A DNA stretch of 64,000 nucleotides from the NCBI GenBank assembly GCA_050261135.1, contig JBLNCZ010000015.1:16941-80940 (forward strand), read 5' to 3'. Positions 39,105-48,254 of this stretch are shown here, piece after piece (within the stretch, counting starts at the first letter, position 1; the number at the start of each line of letters is the position of its first letter). The position numbers and the translations under genes were made by a program. Under the pieces are notes generated by a model, which made no database searches, was not told the DNA's origin, and worked only from the letters and a program-made list of their open reading frames with translations. This DNA is from Bacillota bacterium. Lineage in GTDB: Bacteria > Pseudomonadota > Alphaproteobacteria > Sphingomonadales > Sphingomonadaceae.

Positions 39105-40660
39105 TCCCACTCGATCGTTCCCGGCGGCTTCGACGTATAGTCGTAGACCACCCGGTTGATCCCGTTGACTTCGTTGACGATTCGGGTCGCGACCCGGCTC
39201 AGGAATTCGGCGTCGAACGGATAGATGTCGGCGGTCATTCCATCGACGCTGGTCACCGCCCGGAGCGCGCAGACATAATCGTAGGTGCGATAGTCGCCCA
39301 TGACTCCGACGGTGCGCACGGGGAGCAGAACGGCGAAGGCCTGCCAGATCGCGTCGTAGAGGCCGGCGTTGCGGATTTCCTCGAGATAGATCGCGTCGGC
39401 CTTGCGCAGGATGTCGCACTTCTCGCGCGTGACTTCGCCGGGGATGCGGATGGCGAGCCCGGGACCGGGGAACGGATGGCGCTGCACGAACGCTTCGGGG
39501 AGCCCGAGCTCCCGCCCGAGTTCGCGCACCTCGTCCTTGAACAGCTCGCGCAATGGCTCGACGAGCTTCATGTTCATGCGTTCGGGAAGCCCGCCGACAT
39601 TGTGATGGCTCTTGATCGTCACCGATGGGCCGCCGGTGAAGCTGACGCTCTCGATCACATCGGGGTAGAGCGTCCCTTGGGCGAGGAAGTCGGCGCCGCC
39701 GATCTTCTTCGCTTCCTCCTCGAACACGTTGATGAACTCGGCGCCGATGAACTTGCGCTTTTTCTCGGGGTGGTCGACGCCTTCGAGGCCGGCGAGGAAG
39801 TCGGCGCTCGCGTCCACGTGCACGAGCGGAATGTTGTAGCTGTTGCGGAACAGCGAAACGACCTGCTCGGCTTCGCCCAGGCGCATCAGGCCATGGTCCA
39901 CGAACACGCAGGTCAGCTGGTCGCCGATGGCTTCATGGATGAGCACCGCGGCAACCGCGCTGTCGACGCCGCCCGAAAGTCCGCAGATGACCCGCCCGTC
40001 GCCGACCTGCGCGCGGATGTCGGCGATCTTCGCCTCGCGGAAGCTCGCCATCGTCCAGTCGCCGGTGCAGCCGCACACGTGCCGCACGAAATTGGCGAGC
40101 AGCTTGCCGCCGTCGGGCGTGTGCACGACCTCCGGATGGAACATGAGGCTATAGCGCTTGGCCTCCTCGTTGGTGGCGATCGCGAACGGCGCTCCTTCGG
40201 ACCGCGCGACGACTTCGAAGCCGGGCGCCAGCGTCTCGACCCGGTCGCCGTGGCTCATCCACACCTGGTGCTTCTCGCCGACGTTCCACAGCCCGTCGAA
40301 GAGGGCGCTCGGCGCCACGATCTCGATAAAGGCGCGGCCGAACTCGCGCTCGTCGGAGGAGACCACCTTGCCGCCGAGCTGCTGGTGAAGCGTCTGCTGG
40401 CCGTAGCAGATGCCGAGCAGGGGCAAGCCGCTGTCGAACATCATCTGCGGCGCGCGCGGGCTCTCGGCTTCCATCACCGATGCCGGGCCGCCCGAGAAGA
40501 TCACGCCCTTCGGCTGGAGCCGCTCGAACGCTTCCTCGCTCGCGTTGAAGGGGGCGATTTCGCAGTAAACGCCGGCCTCGCGGACGCGCCGGGCGATCAG
40601 CTGCGTGACCTGGCTTCCGAAGTCGACGACGAGGATGGACTGGGTGGGCTGGACCGTCAT
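39101..40660 (-). CDS. guaA: GMP synthase (glutamine-hydrolysing)
   Basis: ORF 39101..40660, 519 aa. GATase domain (LGICYGQQ), the ATP-PPase motif [10 protein letters not shown] and the C-terminal GTIEWE. Confidence 0.97.
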   Translation of the reverse strand: MTVQPTQSILVVDFGSQVTQLIARRVREAGVYCEIAPFNASEEAFERLQPKGVIFSGGPASVMEAESPRAPQMMFDSGLPLLGICYGQQTLHQQLGGKVVSSDEREFGRAFIEIVAPSALFDGLWNVGEKHQVWMSHGDRVETLAPGFEVVARSEGAPFAIATNEEAKRYSLMFHPEVVHTPDGGKLLANFVRHVCGCTGDWTMASFREAKIADIRAQVGDGRVICGLSGGVDSAVAAVLIHEAIGDQLTCVFVDHGLMRLGEAEQVVSLFRNSYNIPLVHVDASADFLAGLEGVDHPEKKRKFIGAEFINVFEEEAKKIGGADFLAQGTLYPDVIESVSFTGGPSVTIKSHHNVGGLPERMNMKLVEPLRELFKDEVRELGRELGLPEAFVQRHPFPGPGLAIRIPGEVTREKCDILRKADAIYLEEIRNAGLYDAIWQAFAVLLPVRTVGVMGDYRTYDYVCALRAVTSVDGMTADIYPFDAEFLSRVATRIVNEVNGINRVVYDYTSKPPGTIEWE

Positions 40661-40808
40661 GGCGGGCCGATAGAGAGCGCGCTTCGAAGAGTAAAGTTTC
40701 TCGCCGTCACGCGGCGCGGCGGCCGGCGCCGATCACCAGCAATCCGAAGGGATTCCGCTCGGCCATGCGTGCGCGTCCACTGTGCGACGCTGTCGGAAGG
40801 TCCGGCAC

Positions 40809-40844
40809 AAGAAAAATGCGCCGGACCCCGTGAGAGCCCGGCGC
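40809..40844 (-). terminator. Rho-independent terminator after the Gly/Tyr-rich protein gene
   Basis: On the minus strand, GCGCCGG ... CCGGCGC (40838-40844 / 40818-40824) is followed by ATTTTTCTT (the plus-strand A-run at 40809-40817). Confidence 0.6.
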
Positions 40845-40868
40845 ATCTTCGGTTCGCTTGCTCGCCGC

Positions 40869-41408
40869 TTAGTAGCGGACGTAGCCGTATTGCGAATAAG
40901 GGTTGTACGGCGTGTACGCGGGAGGCGTGTAGCCGTAGGTCCCGTAGTTGGGCTGCGCGAGATTGATGTCCACGTCGAACACGAAACCCCGCGGGTCGGT
41001 CTTGCACCGCCAGGTGAGGTCGACGGGGCTCTGCCCGTAGCCGTACGCCGCGGTGCGGCCGCTGGTCGCGACGCCGCGCACCGTGACGTTGCCGGCGAGG
41101 CCCTGCTCGACGCGGCTGATGCCGAGCACCCGCCCGCCGCCGTAGCCATATTGGCTGTAGGCGTTGTAGCCGTAGCCGCCGTAGCCGCCGCCGCTGAGCC
41201 GCGCCTGGACCGCGTTCGCGCACTGGCTGACCGCCGCCTGCGTGTTCACGGCTGGCCCGTACGGGCTGTAGCCGTAACCGCCGACGCCCGGCATGCCGTA
41301 GCCGTAGGGTGATCCGTAACCCGGGAAATATTGCGCCGCTGCCGGCGCTGCACCGGCGATTGCGGCAATCGCGACGCCGCCCGCCAGAAACTTCGTGATA
41401 GCCTTCAT
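40869..41408 (-). CDS. Secreted Gly/Tyr-rich protein, hypothetical
   Basis: ORF 40869..41408 with a GAGGAG Shine-Dalgarno. Signal peptide MKAITKFLAGGVAIAAIAGAAPAAA. GYGY/YGYG low-complexity arms flank a two-Cys core (SQCANAVQARL...LTWRCKTDPRGFVFDVDI). Confidence 0.75.
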   Translation of the reverse strand: MKAITKFLAGGVAIAAIAGAAPAAAQYFPGYGSPYGYGMPGVGGYGYSPYGPAVNTQAAVSQCANAVQARLSGGGYGGYGYNAYSQYGYGGGRVLGISRVEQGLAGNVTVRGVATSGRTAAYGYGQSPVDLTWRCKTDPRGFVFDVDINLAQPNYGTYGYTPPAYTPYNPYSQYGYVRY

Positions 41409-41540
41409 GGCCGTAACTCCTCACCAGATCCCGACTCGCCGGGCAAAACGCACGGCAGCCATGTTCGGCCAGTCTCATTACGCCGCTGCACCGGTTCTGA
41501 ACCGGCTGTTGGCAGCCGTTCAGCAAGCGATCTCAAGGCT

Positions 41541-41732
41541 TTAGTCGACGCCGGGAAGAACGCTGTCCCAGCGCTTCAGGCGCCGCTCGCGGTTCCACAG
41601 CTCCATCGCGCGGCCGTTGCTCCAGCCCTCCGCAATGGCGAGCGCCGCGGCATCGTCCTCCGCTTCGAATTCGCGGAAATGGTCGATGTGGCCGCTGTAG
41701 CGGTCGAAGTAATAGAGGCGATAGTAAAGCAT
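41541..41732 (-). CDS. Small conserved-looking hypothetical protein (63 aa)
   Basis: ORF 41541..41732: MLYYRLYYFDRYSGHIDHFREFEAEDDAAALAIAEGWSNGRAMELWNRERRLKRW. Codon use is high-GC3. It resembles small alphaproteobacterial proteins of the MxxYRxYFxDxxGHI type. Confidence 0.55.
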   Translation of the reverse strand: MLYYRLYYFDRYSGHIDHFREFEAEDDAAALAIAEGWSNGRAMELWNRERRLKRWDSVLPGVD

Positions 41733-41836
41733 CCCCCCGCCACCCCCCGAGCGTGGCGGCGCCAGTCTAACACTTATCCATAATGGACCCGAATCGGCGC
41801 TGTCCCACGCGGCCCAGAATGGGACCGGCGCGCGGC

Positions 41837-44216
41837 TTAGCCGAACGCGCCGCCCGAATAGTCGTGCACCATGTGGAGCATCGGGTCGGCGGAGCCGAAG
41901 CCGGCATCGAAATGGTCGCTCCGTGCTGCGGCAGCCGCGCTCGCCGCTCCGAACTCGAAGTTCGACGCGCTCAACTGGCCCGGCTTGACGCCCTCCAGCA
42001 GCAGCGAGTTGGTGCCGTCGCCCCAGGTGATGAGCGTGTCGTGCGCGCCCGACGCGGTGATCGTCAAATCGCCCATCCCGCTCACGCCCGTGACTTCGAA
42101 GTCGAGCACGTCGTGGCTCTTGGAGAAGTCGGTGACGGTGTCGTTGCCGCTATGGTCCTGGATGACGAACGTGTCGGTGCCGTTACCCCCGCTCATCAGG
42201 TCATTGCCGCCGCCGCCGTAGAGGAAGTCGTCCCCCTTGCCGCCGTTCAACGTGTCATTGCCGTCGGCGAGCGTGGGATCGGCCTGGGTGACGTCGGTAT
42301 AGAAAGCGATCGGCCCCGAGGTTCCGAGCGAATTGACGTCGAGCTGGACCCGTCCGTCGCCGAGAAGGACGTCGTTGCCGTCGCCGCCGTTGATCGTGTC
42401 ATTGCCCTGGTCGCCGCCGATCCAGTTCGCGCCCGAATTGCCGGAGAGCGTGTCGGAGCTGACCGAGCCCGAGAGATTCTCGAACCCGGTGAGAGTCATC
42501 ACGCCGGCGCCGGTGTTCTGGGCCGAGCCCTGGAGACTAAGGTCCACGGTGACGCCGCCGTGGCTCGAATCCGCGTTGTTGAAGAAGCCGAGCGTGTCCG
42601 TGCCGGTGCCTCCGCTCAGCGTTGCGTTGCCGGCGCCGACTTCGATGAAGTCGTTGCCGGCATTGCCCGAGATCACGTCGTTGCCGCCCTGGCCCCACAG
42701 CCAATTGTCGCCGTTGTCGCCGATCAGCGTGTCGTCATGCGAGCCGCCCGAGACGTTCTCGATGCTGACCAGCGTGTCGATGCCGTCATTGGTGTCCTGA
42801 GCGACGCCCTGGAGGTTGAGGTCGACGTGAACGCCGACCGGCGAATCGCTGAACGCCGCGCGGTCGTTGCCGCTGCCGCCGTCGAGATAGTCGTTGCCCG
42901 CTCCGCCCTTCAGATAGTCGTCCCCCGCGTCGCCGTAGAGGAAGTCGTCGCCGGTGGAGGTGGACGGAATCTGGTCTCCGTCGATGAGATCGTTTCCGTC
43001 GCCCCCGTGGATCGTGTCGTTGCCGCCGCCGCCCACCACCGCGTCGTTGCCCGCGCCTCCGTCGAGCGAATTGTCGCTGCTGTTGCCGACGATTCCGTCG
43101 TCATAGGCCGAGCCGACCACATTCTCGATATTGTAGAGCGTGTCGTTCCCCGCCCCGCCGTCGGAGAAGCCGGCTGCTGCCGTCGCCGAGCTGCACGTCG
43201 ACCCCCGCGGCGGCGTCCCAATAGGTCGCCGTATCGACCCCGCCGCCGCCGTCGATGAGGTCGTCGCCGGCCCCGCCGTCGATCGTGTCATTGCCGTCGG
43301 CCGCGGTGGAATCGGCCTGCGTCACGTCCGAATAGAAGACGACCGGGCCCGATCCGCCGGTGCCGTGCGTGTCGACATTGGCCTGGCCGTCGCCGTAGAG
43401 CGCATCGTTGCCGTCGCCGCCGTTGATCGCGTCGTCGCCCTGGTCCCCGCCGATCCAATTGTCGCCGGCATCGCCGCTGAGCGTGTCGCTCTGGCTCGAG
43501 CCGGACAGATTCTCGATCCCGTTCAGGGTCATCATGCCCTGGCCGGTATCCTGCTCGCTTCCCTGCTGGCCCAGGTCGACGACGACCGGCCCCATCAGTC
43601 CCGTGCCGTCCGCGAGCAGCTGCAGCGTGTCGGTGCCGCTGCCGCCGTCGACGGACTGCGTGCCCTGTCCAACCTGGATGAAGTCGTTCCCGTCATTGCC
43701 GAAGATGGTGTCGTTGCCGGAGATTCCCCACAGCCAGTTGTCGCCGCCGTCGCCGATCAGGACGTCGTCGAAATTGGAGCCGGAAACATTCTCGATATTG
43801 ACCAGCGTATCCATGCCCTGGCCGGTGTCCTGCGCCGTCCCCTGCAGGTTGAGATCGACGATCACCGGGCCGGTAGCGTCGGCGAAGGATGCGCGGTCGA
43901 TGCCGTCGCCGCCGTCGAGATAATCATTGCCCGGCCCGCCGCGCAGGAAATCGTCTCCGGCATCGCCGTACAGCGCGTCGTCGCCGCTCGCGCCGTTCGG
44001 GACGAGGTCGCCGTAGATCATGTCATGGCCGTCGCCGCCGTGGACGAGGTCGTCGCCGTTGCCGCCGATCAGCACATCGTTGTCGCTGCCGCCGTCGATC
44101 GTGTCGTTGCCGTCTTCCCCGATGATCTCGTCGGCTCCGGCGTAGCCGTTGATCGTATCCGCATCGGGAGTTCCATCGAGGAAGTCGTCGCCCGCGGTGC
44201 CGTCGATCGTTGCCAT
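41837..44216 (-). pseudogene. RTX (hemolysin-type calcium-binding repeat) protein gene, internally duplicated and interrupted by a frameshift near 43168-43182
   Basis: Two overlapping minus-strand ORFs in different frames: 43101..44216 (371 aa) and 41837..43291 (484 aa). Both carry GGxGxDxUx nonapeptides, for example GGSDNDVLIGGNGDDLVHGGDGHDMIYG. The upstream frame reads [10 protein letters not shown] and then degenerates to [11 protein letters not shown]...stop. The other frame continues [26 protein letters not shown], which is the expected module continuation. The first ~40 aa of the downstream ORF are an out-of-frame reading of the upstream one. Confidence 0.8.
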
Positions 44217-44434
44217 ATCTGCCCCCCTTCGCGCGCTCGGCGCGCTCGATGATGCGGGAGTCGGCAGCGCTATTGCGCCGCGGCCGTCTGGAAGAGGATC
44301 GCCTCTCGTCGCGCCGCGCAGGCGAACAGTGCGAGGCCGCCCCCGGCCCCGCCCTGCTACATATCGAAAGTCAACCGCCGCGCAAAGGCGGCTTAGCTGG
44401 GGTTATTGTCCCAGGTTGAGCTGGGAACGGCCGC

Positions 44435-44854
44435 TCAGGCCGCCTCGAACTCTTCCTCGTTCATCTCCGGACCGGAGTCCTGGCCCTTGGCCGAGACGTC
44501 GCGGTCGACGAGCTCGATGATGGCGATCGGGGCTGCGTCCGACTGGCGAATGCCCGCCTTGATTACGCGCGTGTAGCCGCCGTCGCGATTGGCATAGCGC
44601 GGCGCAAGCACGTCGAAGAGCTTCGCGAGCTGGGCGTCGTCCATCAGCCGCGCCTGGGCGAGGCGGCGGTTCGAAAGGCCGCCGCGCTTGGCGAGCGTGA
44701 TCAGCTTTTCGACATAGGGGCGAAGCTCCTTCGCCTTGGCCGTCGTGGTCGTGATCTGCTCGTGCTTGATGAGCGCGGCCGCCATGTTGCGGAACAGGGC
44801 CGCGCGGTGGCTCGAGGTGCGTTGAAGCTTACGTCCGCCAACACGATGGCGCAT
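44435..44854 (-). CDS. rplQ: 50S ribosomal protein L17
   Basis: ORF 44435..44854: [56 protein letters not shown]. Confidence 0.96.
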   Translation of the reverse strand: MRHRVGGRKLQRTSSHRAALFRNMAAALIKHEQITTTTAKAKELRPYVEKLITLAKRGGLSNRRLAQARLMDDAQLAKLFDVLAPRYANRDGGYTRVIKAGIRQSDAAPIAIIELVDRDVSAKGQDSGPEMNEEEFEAA

Positions 44855-45016
44855 GGGTCATTCCTTCCGTTCGTCAGGGGACCGTGCGAGGTATCCCCGG
44901 CCACGCAGTTCTTGGGGCGACTGCGCTTAGCCCATTTTCGCGCGCAGCCTGTCCGGGGGACAGGGGAGCACGGAAATGACAACGGCGAGCCTTCGAGCCC
45001 GCCGGACGCGCTGCCC

Positions 45017-46117
45017 TCAAGCGGAATTGGGCCGCTTAGTCAAGGTGCTGGCGGCGAGCCGGCGGACCAGCGGCGTCAGGCCGCGGTGGCTGGATGCATG
45101 GTACGGCGACCCGCTCTCAAGCTCCTTGCAGAGGCGCCGGTGCGCCTCGCCGAGCGCATGGTAGGGCAGCCCCGGCAGCAGATGGTGGAGCGCGTGGTAG
45201 CGCAGCCCGACGGGCGCCCACAAAGCGGGAAGCGTCGCCGGCGGCGGCACGTTGACGCTGTCGAGGAACTGGGCGGTGACGCTCATCGGCTCGCCGTCAT
45301 TCTCCCACAAATGCGCGACGAGAGTGCGGACCTGGTTGAGGAACATGACGCCCGAAGCCACTGCCATGCCGATCAGGAACTCACGCAGCGGGATGACGCC
45401 CGTCGCGACCATCACGATCAGCGCGATCGCCCACAGGCTGCACGCCGTCTCCTGCCACGCCCAGTCGCGCGCGAAGTCGCCTTCGGGCTTGGGCCGGACG
45501 AACTTTGGATTGATCTGAAGGCCGGAGTAGCGGCCGACCACCAGAGCGCGCAGCTTCGGCGACAGGAGCGACAGCGGCGCAAGGATCCCGAAGCGGATCA
45601 GCATCCCGACCGGCGCCAGAGCGGCGGCAATCAGGAAGACGGGCAAGGTCCACGGCTGCATCAGCGCAAGCGGCAGATATTCGGGATCGTCGACCGTCCC
45701 GTAATAGCGCTTGGCGTGGTGCTGGTTGTGCACCCCTTCGTACATGAAGCTCGGCACGAGCAAAGGCACGCCGACGACGAGGTTCCAGGTGAAGCGGAAG
45801 CCCTTCACCGCGCCCTTCTTGATGTGCGTCAGCTCGTGGATGAACGAGCCGGCCCGATAGAGGGCGAGCACGGCGACGAGGCCGCAGCCGGCCGCGAGCC
45901 AGGCCGGGCGGACGAACATGGCGGCGAACAGCGCCGCATAGCCGAGCAGCGCGGAGCCGAGCATGTCCGCCCAGTAGATCTTCGAATTGGGCAGGTTGAG
46001 GTCGCGCGTCAGGTTCGCGGCCGCCTTGAGCATCGCCGCATCGTCCTTCGCGCGCAGCGGAGCGGACTGCGCGGAGGCAGCCGTCGACATGCGCTCGAGG
46101 GTGGCGGTTTCGCTCAT
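45017..46117 (-). CDS. Membrane fatty-acid desaturase / hydroxylase family protein (three His boxes)
   Basis: ORF 45017..46117. His boxes HELTH, HNQHH and HALHH are arranged around hydrophobic segments. Confidence 0.85.
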   Translation of the reverse strand: MSETATLERMSTAASAQSAPLRAKDDAAMLKAAANLTRDLNLPNSKIYWADMLGSALLGYAALFAAMFVRPAWLAAGCGLVAVLALYRAGSFIHELTHIKKGAVKGFRFTWNLVVGVPLLVPSFMYEGVHNQHHAKRYYGTVDDPEYLPLALMQPWTLPVFLIAAALAPVGMLIRFGILAPLSLLSPKLRALVVGRYSGLQINPKFVRPKPEGDFARDWAWQETACSLWAIALIVMVATGVIPLREFLIGMAVASGVMFLNQVRTLVAHLWENDGEPMSVTAQFLDSVNVPPPATLPALWAPVGLRYHALHHLLPGLPYHALGEAHRRLCKELESGSPYHASSHRGLTPLVRRLAASTLTKRPNSA

Positions 46118-46187
46118 AAGTCTTTCCGGAAGAACGCTCTTTGGCAGGAGATAGTGGCGGGACTTGGGCGCGACAATGCCGCGCGGC

Positions 46188-47015
46188 TCAGCTCTTGAAG
46201 CCGACCGCGACCCAATAAGGCGGCTCCTCGGAAAAGCGGACGTCGCGAAGCCCGGCCTCGTGCATCATCTTTTCGATCTCGACCCTGCTGAACCGGTGCT
46301 CGACCGAGGTCCCGAAGCGGTCGAGGGCATCGGCCTTCAAGTCCACCCAAGGCCGATCGATGTAGCTCGACAGCGGCAGGTTGGCGGTGGAGGCCCCGAG
46401 GCGGCGCAGCACGCGCCCTGCCCGGCTGAGCGGCCAGTATACGGTTGCCGCAAGGGCGGTGCTCGCCGCGGCGCGCAGCGGGAATGGAAGGCGGCAGATG
46501 GCGCGCCGCGCCACGTCCGAACCGCGCCAGACCAGGCGGAACCAGCCCGGCCGGTTGTCGAGGCTGTAGTAGATGTAGAGCAGGAAGGGCGCCCCGCGCT
46601 TCAGCTTGGCGACGCAGCTTCGAAGTCCCGCCGCGGGGTTGGGGATGTGGTGCAGGACGCCCAGCGAATAGCCGAAATCCTGGCTGCCGTCGGCAAGCGG
46701 AATGGAATCGACCGACGCGTGGAGGAAGTCCACGTTGGAGCGGTGGCCCAGCGCCTGCCGTGCGGCTGCGAGCGCTCCGGCGGACTGATCGATGCAGTGG
46801 AGGAAGCCCGCGCGCGGCGCGACCGACCTTGCGATCCGGCCGTTGCCGCAGCCGAGGTCGAACCCTTCGCCGGCGAGCCGTTCGAGCGGGAAGATCGAGA
46901 AGAAGCTGTCGAACGCTTCGCTCGGCTCCGCTTCGTCGGGCGCGCGCCCGCCGGTCCCGTAGCGCCTCCAGATGCGATCGAACCCGTCCGCGGTATGCTC
47001 GTCGAGGTTCCTCAT
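46188..47015 (-). CDS. Class I SAM-dependent methyltransferase
   Basis: ORF 46188..47063 trimmed to ATG 47015. Motif I is FDLGCGNGRIA, with post-I/II motifs (LHCIDQS, FGYSLGVLHH). Confidence 0.85.
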   Translation of the reverse strand: MRNLDEHTADGFDRIWRRYGTGGRAPDEAEPSEAFDSFFSIFPLERLAGEGFDLGCGNGRIARSVAPRAGFLHCIDQSAGALAAARQALGHRSNVDFLHASVDSIPLADGSQDFGYSLGVLHHIPNPAAGLRSCVAKLKRGAPFLLYIYYSLDNRPGWFRLVWRGSDVARRAICRLPFPLRAAASTALAATVYWPLSRAGRVLRRLGASTANLPLSSYIDRPWVDLKADALDRFGTSVEHRFSRVEIEKMMHEAGLRDVRFSEEPPYWVAVGFKS

Positions 47016-47109
47016 CGCCCGCCCACTTAGCCCGCAATCCGCGGCGGCTCCAAGCGGGCGCAATGCTGTTCACTGGCGCTGAAGCGTCCAAGCCGCTAGC
47101 CCACGCAGC

Positions 47110-48252
47110 ATGAACAGCAGCAGCGTCACTATTCGGCCGGTCGAGACGAAGAAGGACAGGAAGGCCTTCGTCGACTTCGCGTGGGAGGTCTACAAGGACG
47201 ATCCGCACTGGGTCCCGCCGCTGAAGGACGAGGTGCACGGCCTCATCAGCCCCGGCAAGAACCCCTGGTTCGAGCATGCCCGCGCGCAGCTGTGGCTGGC
47301 CGAGCGCGGCGGCAAGGTCGTGGGCCGGATCAGCGCGCAGGTCGACGACCTCGTCCAGGAGCATATGGGCAAGGGCATCGGCAATTGGGGCATGTTCGAA
47401 GCGCTCGACGGAGAAGCCGCCGCGGCGCTGATCGCCACCGCCGAGGACTGGCTGCGGGCGCAGGGAATGACGACGTCTCTGGGGCCGATCAGCCTCTCCA
47501 TCTGGGACGAGCCCGGGCTGGAGATCGAGGGGTTCGACGAGGAGCCGACCGCCATGATGGGGCATCACCGTCCCGAATATCGCGGCTGGATCGAAGCAGC
47601 GGGCTACACCAAGGCCAAGGACCTGCTGACCTACGAAGTCGACATCGCGCACTGGAACGACCCCAAGATCGACCGGCTGATCGCAATGGGCGAGAAGAAC
47701 CCGCACATCCGCATCCGCATGGCCGACAAGTCCAGGTTCGCCGAGGAAGCGCGGACCATCCTCAACATCCTCAACGAGGCATGGTCGAACAATTGGGGCT
47801 ATGTCCCGCTGACCGAATCCGAGATCGCTTATGCCGGCAAGAAGCTGAAGCCGATCATCTACAACGAGCTGGTCCGGGTCGCGGAGCTCGACGGCGAGCC
47901 GGTGGCCTTCATGCTCACCATCCCCGACATCAACGAGCTCACCAAGGATTTGAACGGCGAGCTGTTCCCGTTCAACTTCGTCAAGCTTCTGTGGCGGCTG
48001 CGCAAACCCAAGGTGAAGCGCGCGCGCGTGCCGCTGATGGGCGTGGCGAGGAAGCTGCACCATTCACGCATGGCGAGCATGCTCGCGTTCATGATGATCG
48101 AATATACGCGGCGCGACTGCGTCGGGAAGTTCGGCATCGGAACCGGCGAGTTCGGCTGGATCCTCGAGGACAATAGCGGAATGCTGTCGATCGCCGAGCT
48201 GCCGGGCGCACGCATCAACCACCGCTACCGGATTTACGAGAAGGCGCTTTGA
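47110..48252 (+). CDS. GNAT-superfamily N-acyltransferase-like protein (about 380 aa, uncharacterised subfamily)
   Basis: ORF 47110..48252: MNSSSVTIRPVETKKDRKAFVDFAWEVYKDDPHWVPPLKDEV...GRISAQVD... This is a family widespread in alphaproteobacteria. The function call is tentative. Confidence 0.7.
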   Translation: MNSSSVTIRPVETKKDRKAFVDFAWEVYKDDPHWVPPLKDEVHGLISPGKNPWFEHARAQLWLAERGGKVVGRISAQVDDLVQEHMGKGIGNWGMFEALDGEAAAALIATAEDWLRAQGMTTSLGPISLSIWDEPGLEIEGFDEEPTAMMGHHRPEYRGWIEAAGYTKAKDLLTYEVDIAHWNDPKIDRLIAMGEKNPHIRIRMADKSRFAEEARTILNILNEAWSNNWGYVPLTESEIAYAGKKLKPIIYNELVRVAELDGEPVAFMLTIPDINELTKDLNGELFPFNFVKLLWRLRKPKVKRARVPLMGVARKLHHSRMASMLAFMMIEYTRRDCVGKFGIGTGEFGWILEDNSGMLSIAELPGARINHRYRIYEKAL

Positions 48253-48254
48253 GT

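Noticed and set aside
40802-40818. Sigma54-like GGCAC...TGC sequence
   Set aside because: The GG-to-GC spacing is wrong: 13 nt rather than the consensus 10-nt spacer. The A-run is better explained as the U-tract of the minus-strand terminator.
36590-40966. Two very long plus-strand ORFs (36590..38212 and 39032..40966)
   Set aside because: They are antisense to the M28 peptidase and to guaA respectively, both of which are unambiguous on the minus strand.
41837-44216. Periodic repeats considered as a possible CRISPR array; the same question applies to the 33-bp repeats at 55977-56141
   Set aside because: The repeats are imperfect, in frame and translate to RTX nonapeptides or 11-mer protein repeats. 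There is no repeat-spacer structure and there are no cas genes.
41783-44252. Plus-strand ORFs 41783..43258 and 43140..44252, and several nested ones
   Set aside because: They are antisense readings of the RTX repeats. The minus strand gives canonical GGxGxDxUx nonapeptides.
44948-44964. Hairpin CCTGTCC-GGG-GGACAGG as terminator of the desaturase gene
   Set aside because: It is a short 7-bp stem with no following U-tract on the transcribed strand. That is not enough to call a terminator.
46114-48063. 649-aa minus-strand ORF spanning the methyltransferase and GNAT regions
   Set aside because: It crosses the divergent intergenic region and runs antisense to the GNAT gene. The methyltransferase is in a different minus-strand frame. 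The translation is Arg/Pro/Ala-rich with no motifs.
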